Below, in pieces: positions 1 to 8,412 of a stretch of DNA of 64,000 nt. The position numbers and the translations under genes were made by a program. Position 1 is the first letter of the stretch, and every line of letters starts with the position of its first letter. The DNA is taken from positions 21,100-85,099 of the forward strand of contig JAVKJW010000008.1 of the NCBI GenBank assembly GCA_031458695.1. Reading direction: 5' to 3'. The notes below the pieces were generated by a model. It did no database searches, had not been told where the DNA came from, and saw only the letters and a program-made list of their open reading frames with translations. Origin of the DNA: Candidatus Thermofontivivens primus. Its GTDB lineage: Bacteria; Sysuimicrobiota; Sysuimicrobiia; Sysuimicrobiales; Thermofontiviventaceae.

Positions 1-123
1 GCCGCCCGCATTGCAATGGGATGATGGGGGAGGAGCCCCAGCAAGTTCTCGTTTGCGCAAGATTTCGCCGGGACTCTGTTCTGAGGGTGCTAGACTCATC
101 AACAAAAGGAAAGGAGGGAGAAG

Positions 124-960
124 ATGGCCATGAAACCATTCGACATGAGCAAGTGCCGTGTCCTAGACCTTTCCCAGAATTTCAGCATCGATTCGCCCCC
201 ATTTGCGTTCTACGAGGGCCCGAAGATCACCTGGGTCAAGAAAATCGCCTTTGAAGGGGTGAATGCCCAGCACATCTCCACCACTAACCACATCGCCACA
301 CACCTGGACTCGCCACTTCACTTCTACGACCCGGGTCCCGACATCTCCGGGATCCCCATTGAGCATCTCGTCGGCCCGGCCTGTATTGTGGACCTCCAAC
401 AGTTCGGGATTGGGGACTACGATATCTACGGACCCGAGCACTTCGAGCAGTGGGAGAAGAAGTACAACATCAAGATCGAGCCGGGGGACATCCTGGTGAT
501 TCACACAGGCTACCATGCCTATTACAACGAGGATTGGTCGCCGCATACCCGGGAGGTTCATAAGGACGCCCGCCCAGATCTTCCTAGGGCGTTCTTGCGA
601 CACCCTGGCCCTCGCGCGGAGTTCTGTGAGTGGGTCCTAGACCGGGGCATTCGTTGGTTGGCCATCGATGCCATCAGCACGGACCACCCCTTCAACACGA
701 AGGTCCGCACGGCCCGGCCGGACCTCATCCCTGAAGTGGAGAAGAAAATCGGGATGTCCATCGATGAGGCCTTCCCGTGGCCCCGCGACTACCAGGCGAC
801 CCATACCATGCTCTTCCCCAAGGGTGTCTTCCATGTGGAGAATGTGGGAGGGCACATCGATCTTATCCTGAATCAAAAGGTGTGGGTGGGCTGTTTCCCC
901 TTCCGCTTCAAGGGAGGAGAGGCTGCGTTCTGCCGGTTCGTGGCCTTCGTGGAGGCGTAG
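124..960 (+). CDS. Cyclase family metal-dependent hydrolase (kynurenine formamidase/isatin hydrolase-like)
   Basis: HIATHLDSPLH matches HxGTHxDxPxH; GGAGGGAG RBS upstream. Confidence 0.85.
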   Translation: MAMKPFDMSKCRVLDLSQNFSIDSPPFAFYEGPKITWVKKIAFEGVNAQHISTTNHIATHLDSPLHFYDPGPDISGIPIEHLVGPACIVDLQQFGIGDYDIYGPEHFEQWEKKYNIKIEPGDILVIHTGYHAYYNEDWSPHTREVHKDARPDLPRAFLRHPGPRAEFCEWVLDRGIRWLAIDAISTDHPFNTKVRTARPDLIPEVEKKIGMSIDEAFPWPRDYQATHTMLFPKGVFHVENVGGHIDLILNQKVWVGCFPFRFKGGEAAFCRFVAFVEA

Positions 961-967
961 AGGGGAC

Positions 968-1852
968 TTACTCCTTTGCGTAGGGCTGGCCCAGCGCTTC
1001 GGGTTTTGCCAGGCCCCAACGGGTCCGGAACCACGGGGTGGAGATGAGGGCGAGGATGACGATGGTCGTCGCAAAGGGTACTGCCCTCCACACGTAGCGG
1101 GAGAGGATCCCTGGCAAGAGGAGCTCTGGGCTGAGAGAGAGCTGCCACGTCATCCCAAAGAGGAGGGCGCCCACGAGAAGGATCCAGGGGTTCCACATGG
1201 AGAAGAACACCAGGGCCAGGCTCACAAACCCCCAGCCCATGAGGAAGTTGTAGTTCCATACGGGGTTGTAGGAGAGCGTGTAGGTTGCGCCCGAGAGGCC
1301 TGCGAGCATGCCACCGAGGACGACGCAGAGGTACCTGGTGATTGCGACGTTGATCCCAGAGGCCTCTGCAGCCGCTGGGTTCTCTCCCACGGACCGGATC
1401 GCGAGTCCCAGGCCGGTGTGGTAGAGCAAGAGCCAGACCGCGACGACCAAGGCGAAGGCGAGGTAGACGAACGGGGAAAGCCCGAAGATCGAGGGGATGC
1501 GCGGCATCCCCAAGGGCCCGGTGTAGGGGTTGCCAATGTATGTGGTCAGGCCGAAACTTAGGATCCACAACCCCATCCCGCTCACCACCTGGTCTCCCCG
1601 CATTGTGATGGAGAAGAACCCGTGGGCAAGGCCGAGGAGACCACCGATGGCGAGACCGGCGAGGAACCCCAACCCGTAACTGCCCGTCGTCTGCGCGGCG
1701 ATGAAGGCGAGGGTTCCCCCAAACAGCATCAGGCCCTCTAGCCCCACGTTCAGGATGCCCGAGCGCTGATTAAGGAGTTCACCCAGGGCAGCGAGCAGGA
1801 AGATCGTCGAGGCTTCCAGGCTGCGGACAAGCAGCTCCCACATGGAGGTCAC
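968..1852 (-). CDS. Nucleoside/simple-sugar ABC permease
   Basis: SGILNVGLEGLM and RSVGENPAAA motifs; hydrophobic; start may be ATG 1843. Confidence 0.9.
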   Translation of the reverse strand: MTSMWELLVRSLEASTIFLLAALGELLNQRSGILNVGLEGLMLFGGTLAFIAAQTTGSYGLGFLAGLAIGGLLGLAHGFFSITMRGDQVVSGMGLWILSFGLTTYIGNPYTGPLGMPRIPSIFGLSPFVYLAFALVVAVWLLLYHTGLGLAIRSVGENPAAAEASGINVAITRYLCVVLGGMLAGLSGATYTLSYNPVWNYNFLMGWGFVSLALVFFSMWNPWILLVGALLFGMTWQLSLSPELLLPGILSRYVWRAVPFATTIVILALISTPWFRTRWGLAKPEALGQPYAKE

Positions 1853-2994
1853 CTCTCTGGAATCCCCGCGGAGACACGGGGTACTTCCTCGGTTGCTACC
1901 GGTCGCCAGACGATACGGAACTGGTAAAGGAAGTGAGAGGCAACAAAGGTCATCATGAGGAGCCCTAAGAGGGCGTAGTCAACCCCAAAGGGGAGATGGA
2001 ACTGCCCCTGGGCGAATCGGGCCCCTAGGGAGAGACCGGCAAAGAGGAGGGCAATGGGGACGGCCCCGAGAGCGGTCCCGCGCGCGATGAGGCCGCAAAT
2101 GATCCCGTAGAATGCGAGGTCTCCGTAGAAGCCGTAGTTTCCGGGGATCTTGTAGACGCCTGGCACAGCGGCGAAATAGTGGTATCCGGCGAGGCCTGCG
2201 AACGCGCCGCCAAGGAGGAAGACCAGCAGGGAGATGGCCACAGGGTTGATGCCAGCATAGCGGGCAGCGGCTGGGTTGAGGCCGAAGACACGGATCCTGT
2301 AACCCAGAGTTGTCTTCACAAAGAGGAAGTCAAGGAGCCCTGCCGCAACGAGGGCGAGCAGAGCGGTGAAGGGCACACCACGTATAAGCGGGGCGTACAG
2401 AGAAGGGGGGAGGTTGAAGCTCTCCCCTTCGCCTGTGGCGCTCATGAAGGGGCCTCCCTCTTTGATCATGTAGGCCACAAGCCAGAAAAGGATAGAATTC
2501 AGCATCATCGTGACGAGAATCTCGTTGACGTGGAGCTTAGCGCGGAGGATCCCTGCAAATCCAGCAAGCGCAGCACCAGCGAGGGAAGCCCCCACGACCA
2601 TGAGGAGGATGATCAGCCCGGGATGGAAGGGTGGATGGGAGAGCTCGCTCATCCGGAGCGCATAGGGAACCGCGAACGCCGCAAGGGCGCCCACGTAGAC
2701 TTGGCCAGGCAGGCCAATGTTCCACAAGCCCGCACGCATAGGTACAAGGAAGGCGAAGGTACATAGCCAGAGGAAGATGGCACGGTGGATAGTGGCTTGG
2801 AGCCCATAGGGGTTGGCGAAGGCGTAGGAGAAGACGGCGCGGTAAGCTGAGAGGAAACCAGTCTCAGCAGGGAGGAAGAGGAAGCTCGAAAGGGCTAAAG
2901 CCAGGAGGATGGCCGGGAACGCAGTCAAAGCCGTATGCAGAGCAGGACGCGTGGGCCTCGCTTCTAGGGTGAGCTCGTACCGGCCGATCCTCAC
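1849..2994 (-). CDS. Nucleoside/simple-sugar ABC permease
   Basis: GLWNIGLPGQ, VNEILVTMMLN and GLNPAAARYAGI motifs; 4-nt overlaps with neighbours. Confidence 0.9.
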   Translation of the reverse strand: MRIGRYELTLEARPTRPALHTALTAFPAILLALALSSFLFLPAETGFLSAYRAVFSYAFANPYGLQATIHRAIFLWLCTFAFLVPMRAGLWNIGLPGQVYVGALAAFAVPYALRMSELSHPPFHPGLIILLMVVGASLAGAALAGFAGILRAKLHVNEILVTMMLNSILFWLVAYMIKEGGPFMSATGEGESFNLPPSLYAPLIRGVPFTALLALVAAGLLDFLFVKTTLGYRIRVFGLNPAAARYAGINPVAISLLVFLLGGAFAGLAGYHYFAAVPGVYKIPGNYGFYGDLAFYGIICGLIARGTALGAVPIALLFAGLSLGARFAQGQFHLPFGVDYALLGLLMMTFVASHFLYQFRIVWRPVATEEVPRVSAGIPER

Positions 2995-4553
2995 GACACT
3001 CCAGCCTCCTCCCGCCGAAGGCCGGCCATCATCGCGCCCACGGTCTCCGCGTCAGCACCCTCTCGAGGGAGGATGGCAACGAACCGGCCTTCGTAGATCG
3101 GCGCGACCCAGTCGCTCAGGGAGAGGATCTCATCCAGGTCCTCGGAGATGAGCAGGACAGCGGCACCCCCAGCCTTCGCTTCAAGGAGCTTCCCTCGGAG
3201 GAAGGCTGTGGCCTCCACATCCAGCCCCTGGGTTGGGAGGTGGGCGATAAGGAGCTTTGGCTTTCGGGCGAGAACCCGGCCCACGATGAGTTTTTGCAAG
3301 TTGCCTCCGGAGAGGTGGCGAGCCTGGGCATACAGGTGGGGAGCCTTGACCCTGTAGTGGGAGAGGATGTGCCGGGTCACCTTTTCCAACCCCGGATGAT
3401 TGAACAACCCTCGCCGGGAGAACAGGGGGTCAAAGTGAAAGTTCAAGGCAGCGTTCTCCACGAGCGTGAGGGTTGCGACAGAGGCTATCTCGTACCGTTC
3501 CGCAGGGATATAGCCAATGCCCATACGCCATCGGTCAAGAGGCGAAAGCCAGGTTACGTCCCGGCCATCGAAGAGGACCCTGCCAGATGCCGGAGGACGC
3601 AAGCCGGCCAGGACCTGGACGAGTTCCTCTTGACCATTCCCCGTGACGCCGGCGATTCCCAGGATTTCTCCCTCGTGGAGGGAAAAGGTGACCCCCCGGA
3701 GGGAGAGTACCCCCTTGTCGTTATAAGCGGAAAGGTGTTCCACACGGAGGAGAGGCCTGCCTTTCTCCACAAGCAGGTCTGAAATCGAGTAGGAGGAGAT
3801 GTCCTGGCCAATCATGTGCTGGACGAGGAGTTGCTCTGTGGCCTCACAGGTTCGGAGACGCGCTACGACCGTTCCCGACCTCAACACTGTGACCGTGTGG
3901 CTGATGGCTGTGACAATGGGGAGCTTGTGGGTGACAAGGATCACCGTGACCCCGTGGTCTTGGACAAGGGCTTGAAGGCTAGCCATGAGCGTTTTGACCT
4001 CTGGCGGGGTGAGCACAGAGGTTGGCTCGTCCAGGATCAGGATCTTCGCGCCGCCGTAGAGGGCTTTCAGGATCTCCACCCACTGCTTCTCCCCCTCAGA
4101 GAGCTGCCATACCTTAGCCCCGAGATCCACGGTGAAGCCGTAGCGGTGACAGAGTTCTTCTACCTCTCGCCGGATGGTCCGGAGGTTGAGAAATCCGCGC
4201 GTACCTGGATGCCCGAGGAGGATGTTCTCGAGCACCGAATGCGCCGAGACAAGCTTACGAGTCTGGTGGACCATGCTGATCCCCATGGCTAGGGCATCAT
4301 GAGGAGACCTGAAGTGGACCCGCTGGCCCCTGAAGTAGAGTTGCCCCTCATCAGGCTGGAGGAGGCCGAACAAGATGTTCATGAGGGTGGTCTTCCCGGC
4401 ACCGTTCTGGCCAAGGACCGCGTGGATCTCTCCTGCCTTCACATCGAGATCTACCCGATGGAGGGCGAGCACGCCAGGGAACCGTTTGGTAATCCCCCGT
4501 GCGGCGAGAAGAGGCTCTTCGGGTTCTGGGTGGGTGAAAGGGAACCTCACCAC
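2991..4553 (-). CDS. ABC ATP-binding protein with two NBDs (nucleoside/sugar type)
   Basis: Walker A GQNGAGKT, LILDEPT, LSGGNLQK; GTG at 4553 follows GGAGGT. Confidence 0.92.
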   Translation of the reverse strand: MVRFPFTHPEPEEPLLAARGITKRFPGVLALHRVDLDVKAGEIHAVLGQNGAGKTTLMNILFGLLQPDEGQLYFRGQRVHFRSPHDALAMGISMVHQTRKLVSAHSVLENILLGHPGTRGFLNLRTIRREVEELCHRYGFTVDLGAKVWQLSEGEKQWVEILKALYGGAKILILDEPTSVLTPPEVKTLMASLQALVQDHGVTVILVTHKLPIVTAISHTVTVLRSGTVVARLRTCEATEQLLVQHMIGQDISSYSISDLLVEKGRPLLRVEHLSAYNDKGVLSLRGVTFSLHEGEILGIAGVTGNGQEELVQVLAGLRPPASGRVLFDGRDVTWLSPLDRWRMGIGYIPAERYEIASVATLTLVENAALNFHFDPLFSRRGLFNHPGLEKVTRHILSHYRVKAPHLYAQARHLSGGNLQKLIVGRVLARKPKLLIAHLPTQGLDVEATAFLRGKLLEAKAGGAAVLLISEDLDEILSLSDWVAPIYEGRFVAILPREGADAETVGAMMAGLRREEAGVS

Positions 4554-4620
4554 AAAAGTATACCTCCACTCCGTCATTCAGGGCGGAGAGGCCGTAGACG
4601 GAGAAGTTACAAGAGGGAGG

Positions 4621-4663
4621 GAGGCTCCTCCCGCTGTGGAGTACCATAGGCAGGAGGAGCCTC
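4621..4663. other. Intergenic hairpin between SBP and ATPase genes
   Basis: GAGGCTCCTCC (4621-4631) and GGAGGAGCCTC (4653-4663) form a perfect 11-bp inverted repeat. Confidence 0.6.
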
Positions 4664-4726
4664 GGACCCTCATGGAATGATCACCCTGGTGCAGGACCCA
4701 GCTGTGGGGTGGCGCCGGAACCCGCA

Positions 4727-5983
4727 TCACTTCAGGATGGTCATCCCCTCGAGATCGAAGTTGAACTTCCCAAGGAGCCATTCGTCAGAGGGCATCTGAC
4801 GGGCTTTCTTCACCACCGTTCCCTTCGGGGGGATTGGGGTGTCCTTGAGCGCCAATCCCGTGCCGTTGCTCACAAAGGCGTGCTCGAAGAAGGGATCCCA
4901 CTGGCCCTTCATCATCTGTTCCCTCCGCTGCGCCACGAGCTTGAGAATGGCCTCGGGGATGAGGGGTCGTGCTTTCGGGCTAATTGCATCGAGACCCACC
5001 TTATTGTTGTTCATGATGTCCACGGTCGGGACCACGGCGCCGTCCGCAAGGGTCATGGTGTCCCGCAGACCCAGGTAGAGAAGGGTCTTGGGGTTGCGGT
5101 TGCCGGCGAGATACTCCTTGATCATGTGCTCGTAGAGGACCTCCCAGCGGGTATCGAAGGAGACCGCAACGGTGTCAGTGCTCGACCAGCCGTAAAAACC
5201 GACCACGTCCATGTCCTTGCCCACGAACCAAATCTTCCGCTCTTGCGCTACGTCCAGGGGGGAGCCAGAATCGGTCTGCTGGGTGATCACGTCCACCTTA
5301 TACTGGCTCACAAGTGTCTGGGCCACCTCCCGTTCTTCGGTGGGTTTATACCAGTCCCCCACGTATTTCACATAGACGTTAACCTTTTTGCCCAAGACCT
5401 TGGCCGCATCCTGGACACCCAGGAAGAAACCGGCTTGGCGGCGCATCACCTGGACGTTGGGGAAGGCAGAGACGATGCCGATGTTCCCGGTACGGGTCAG
5501 GGCTCCCGCGATCAGGCCTTCGAGATAGAGGGCCTGGTACTGGCGTGGGAAGAAGCGGATGAAGTTCCGCTTCCTCGTCAAGTCGCTCGCAATGACGGAG
5601 GCGAAGTAGACGTTCGGGTACTGGTCTGCAATGGTAGCCAGAGGAAGGCCGATGAACTCAGCATTCCCCACCACGATGTTGGCACCCTGGGCGATAAGCT
5701 CCTTGGCGTAGGGAACGGTTGCATCGGGCCCGACCTCCTCGCGGTAGACGTATCGCACGTTGGGATACTTCTGGGCGATGCGTTGTGCCGCACGGTGGTG
5801 GGCTCCAGACCAGGTTGTCCCCTTAATAATGCTGAAGTGCAGGATCGCCAGCGTCAGGGGCTTCTGAGGCGCAGCGGTTGCAGGGGCCCACAGCGTGGCG
5901 CCAGCAACCAGAACAAGGGCAACGAGCAGGGCAAAGGCCCGATGCAGGATCCGCACGAACTGGGAACGATCTCGTTCGCTCAT
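4727..5983 (-). CDS. BMP-family ABC substrate-binding protein (purine/nucleoside type)
   Basis: Signal peptide; WSGAHHRA, YLEGLIAG, IGIVSAFP and GDWYKP are BMP/PnrA-like. Confidence 0.85.
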   Translation of the reverse strand: MSERDRSQFVRILHRAFALLVALVLVAGATLWAPATAAPQKPLTLAILHFSIIKGTTWSGAHHRAAQRIAQKYPNVRYVYREEVGPDATVPYAKELIAQGANIVVGNAEFIGLPLATIADQYPNVYFASVIASDLTRKRNFIRFFPRQYQALYLEGLIAGALTRTGNIGIVSAFPNVQVMRRQAGFFLGVQDAAKVLGKKVNVYVKYVGDWYKPTEEREVAQTLVSQYKVDVITQQTDSGSPLDVAQERKIWFVGKDMDVVGFYGWSSTDTVAVSFDTRWEVLYEHMIKEYLAGNRNPKTLLYLGLRDTMTLADGAVVPTVDIMNNNKVGLDAISPKARPLIPEAILKLVAQRREQMMKGQWDPFFEHAFVSNGTGLALKDTPIPPKGTVVKKARQMPSDEWLLGKFNFDLEGMTILK

Positions 5984-5997
5984 AGCATCCCCCCTAC

Positions 5998-6978
5998 CTA
6001 AGGATTAGGTGAGCACAACACGGTGCAGTTGCTTGCGGTATTCTCCAGGGAATCTGGAAAATCCTGCGCATGTTTCCTGAGGATCGCCCCCGCAGCAAGG
6101 AGGAAGCCCGCGAGCATGTCGGCACCAGAGGTCTCTCCATAGGCCATTACCTTTCGAACGGCCGGGGTAATGGCTGTAGGGTCGCCTCTAAGGGTCACGT
6201 CGAGCAAGCGATGCCAAGCTTCGCTGGCCTCGCCCTCCCTTGCCGCTGCAAGATATGCCGCGCTGATCCGGTGGGTCTGGGAGGGGCCTATGCTGGTGAT
6301 GGCCTCGCGAAGGGTTTCATGGCTTTCTCTAGGGAGGACTGCAAGCGCGAGGAGGACCCCAGCGAGGACATCGTCGCCTGAGGGGGTGAGTCCTGGGCCA
6401 AGGCCTGCAAGCCCTTTTGCTGCTCTTGCAGCGAGGGCAGGGGAATCCCTCTCCAGTGCTTCCTGGAGCATCCTCATCGCTTCCCGGGCCCTGACCAGCA
6501 TAGGGCTGAACGCACCCCCGGCTTCCCTGGTATCTTCGAGGATCCTCGCAAGGCTCTCTGTGGGTGCCTCTGTAGCGAGGGTCGCTCGCACGGCAGCGAG
6601 GCCCTGGAGGAGGCGCTGGGGCACGAAGCTGTTCCAGGGCGTGTAGCGTGCTTCCCAGATCGTCGCTTTGTCCCATGCGATCGTGAGATCGGAGCCGAAA
6701 TCGGAGCCGAAATGGATCGTTTCCCTCGTCACGACGAGGGGGGTACCTGGGGTGAGATGGCGAAAGACGGCGGGATCCGCGACCACAACGTTGAGCGGAC
6801 CATTGCCCAATTCTACGGACACGAAGGCAACGATCTGGCCGCTAAGCTCTGCGTAGCAACTCCGGGAGAAGCTGGCGATCACCGTCCCCCGGTGGGAGAG
6901 CTGGAGAATGCCGTGGGCCCGCCGGCTGAGGGAAAGGGCATGGAGGAGCGTGCTGGGGGGAAGGGTGTTATGCTCCAT
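5998..6978 (-). CDS. DUF2877 family protein (AllH/YahE-like)
   Basis: GLGPGLTPSGDDVLAG and GETSGADMLAG signatures. Confidence 0.85.
   Translation of the reverse strand: MEHNTLPPSTLLHALSLSRRAHGILQLSHRGTVIASFSRSCYAELSGQIVAFVSVELGNGPLNVVVADPAVFRHLTPGTPLVVTRETIHFGSDFGSDLTIAWDKATIWEARYTPWNSFVPQRLLQGLAAVRATLATEAPTESLARILEDTREAGGAFSPMLVRAREAMRMLQEALERDSPALAARAAKGLAGLGPGLTPSGDDVLAGVLLALAVLPRESHETLREAITSIGPSQTHRISAAYLAAAREGEASEAWHRLLDVTLRGDPTAITPAVRKVMAYGETSGADMLAGFLLAAGAILRKHAQDFPDSLENTASNCTVLCSPNP
6688..6711. repeat. 12-bp tandem duplication inside the DUF2877 gene (FGSD-FGSD)
   Basis: ATCGGAGCCGAA twice, in frame. Confidence 0.75.
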
Positions 6979-7540
6979 ATCCAGAACGTAAGCGCTGCGC
7001 AGCGTCCCGGACGGCGTCGATGATCCCCTGGTACCCTGTACAGCGGCAGAGGTTTCCGGCGAGGACCTCGCGGATCTGTTCATCGCTGGGCTCTGGGTTC
7101 TCTCGCAGGAAGGCGAGGGTGCTCATGAGGAACCCAGGGGTACAGAACCCGCATTGCAGGGCGTGGTGGTCCCGGAATGCTTCTTGGAGAGGATGGAGGC
7201 GCTCCGGTGTTCCAAGCCCCTCTACGGTCGTGATCTCAGCCCCATCAGCCTGGACGGCGAAGAGGAGACAGCTGCGCACGGCCTGGCCATCGAGGAGGAT
7301 GGTGCAGGCTCCACAGACCCCATGTTCACAGCCGACGTGGGTGCCCGTCAGCCCGAGTTCGTGTCGGAGGAAGTCCACCAGGGTCATACGGACATCTACG
7401 GTGGAGGTATACTCCACCCCGTTCACCCGCAGCCTGATCTCCTTGCGCGTCCACAAGGGGGGAAGGGAGACCTTAGCTTGCTTGGACCTTCTGGCCTGCG
7501 GGGTTCTCCGCGATGCATTTGTCTGGGCTCTCCTCTTCAT
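6968..7540 (-). CDS. Mo-hydroxylase small 2x[2Fe-2S] subunit (CoxS-like)
   Basis: CEHGVCGAC, QCGFC and CRC motifs. Confidence 0.93.
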   Translation of the reverse strand: MKRRAQTNASRRTPQARRSKQAKVSLPPLWTRKEIRLRVNGVEYTSTVDVRMTLVDFLRHELGLTGTHVGCEHGVCGACTILLDGQAVRSCLLFAVQADGAEITTVEGLGTPERLHPLQEAFRDHHALQCGFCTPGFLMSTLAFLRENPEPSDEQIREVLAGNLCRCTGYQGIIDAVRDAAQRLRSGYGA

Positions 7541-8412
7541 GCTCCCTCCCTCTGTTTGAACCTTTCCGCAGCTAGGCGAAGGGCACGCCCGGCGAGGATG
7601 CCCGCGACTTCCTTGCGGTAGGTTGCTGAGGCATGGATGTCGCTGTGGGGATCCAGGCGAGCGGCCACGATGCGCGCGATTTCCCCAAGCGTGGAATCGT
7701 CAAGGGGCCTCCCGGTAGCCGCTTCTTCGGCTTCGGGGAGCCGTACCGGCACAGGGCCCACGCCTGTGAACCCCAAGCGGGCTTCCGTGCATCGTTCCCC
7801 ATCCATCTGGACCATCGCCGCCACCCCGACGAGCGCATAGTCCCCATGCCGCCGGGCAACTTCAAGGAATGCCGTCCCGTATGTCCGGTGAACGGGGAAG
7901 CGAACCTCGACCAGCAGCTCCTCGGGTGCGAGGGCCGTCTGCAGGAAGGAGACGAAGAACTCCTCAGGACGGAGGACACGCGTCCCTTCGAGCCCTCGAA
8001 CAACGAGCTGCGCTCCCAGGACAAGGGTAACGACAGGGAGCTCCGCAGCAGGGTCTGCGTGCGCGAGGCTCCCGCCTACCGTCCCCCGGTTACGGATCTG
8101 GGGATGGCCGATGTACCGGACTGCTTCGGCAAGGAGAGGAAGTTTCTCCCGCACGAGGCTGGAGAGCTCGACAGCTCGCTGGCGGGTCATCGCCCCGATG
8201 GAAACCGTCGCGTCCTCGTCATGGATGTAGGAGAGTTCGCGCACGCGATTCAGGTCGATGAGGACCGAGGGGCGCGCCAGGCGCATGTTGAGCAAAGGGA
8301 CGAGGCTCTGGCCGCCGGCCAGGGGTTTTCCCTCCTCCCTGAAGGTGTGCAGGAGGACAAGGGATTCCTCAACGGTCTCAGGTGCGGTGTACTGGAAGGG
8401 AGCTGGTTTCAT
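7537..8412 (-). CDS. Mo-hydroxylase FAD-binding medium subunit (CoxM-like)
   Basis: Starts MKPAPFQY; AGGQSL and RNRGTVGGS motifs; ATGA overlap with large subunit. Confidence 0.92.
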   Translation of the reverse strand: MKPAPFQYTAPETVEESLVLLHTFREEGKPLAGGQSLVPLLNMRLARPSVLIDLNRVRELSYIHDEDATVSIGAMTRQRAVELSSLVREKLPLLAEAVRYIGHPQIRNRGTVGGSLAHADPAAELPVVTLVLGAQLVVRGLEGTRVLRPEEFFVSFLQTALAPEELLVEVRFPVHRTYGTAFLEVARRHGDYALVGVAAMVQMDGERCTEARLGFTGVGPVPVRLPEAEEAATGRPLDDSTLGEIARIVAARLDPHSDIHASATYRKEVAGILAGRALRLAAERFKQREGA

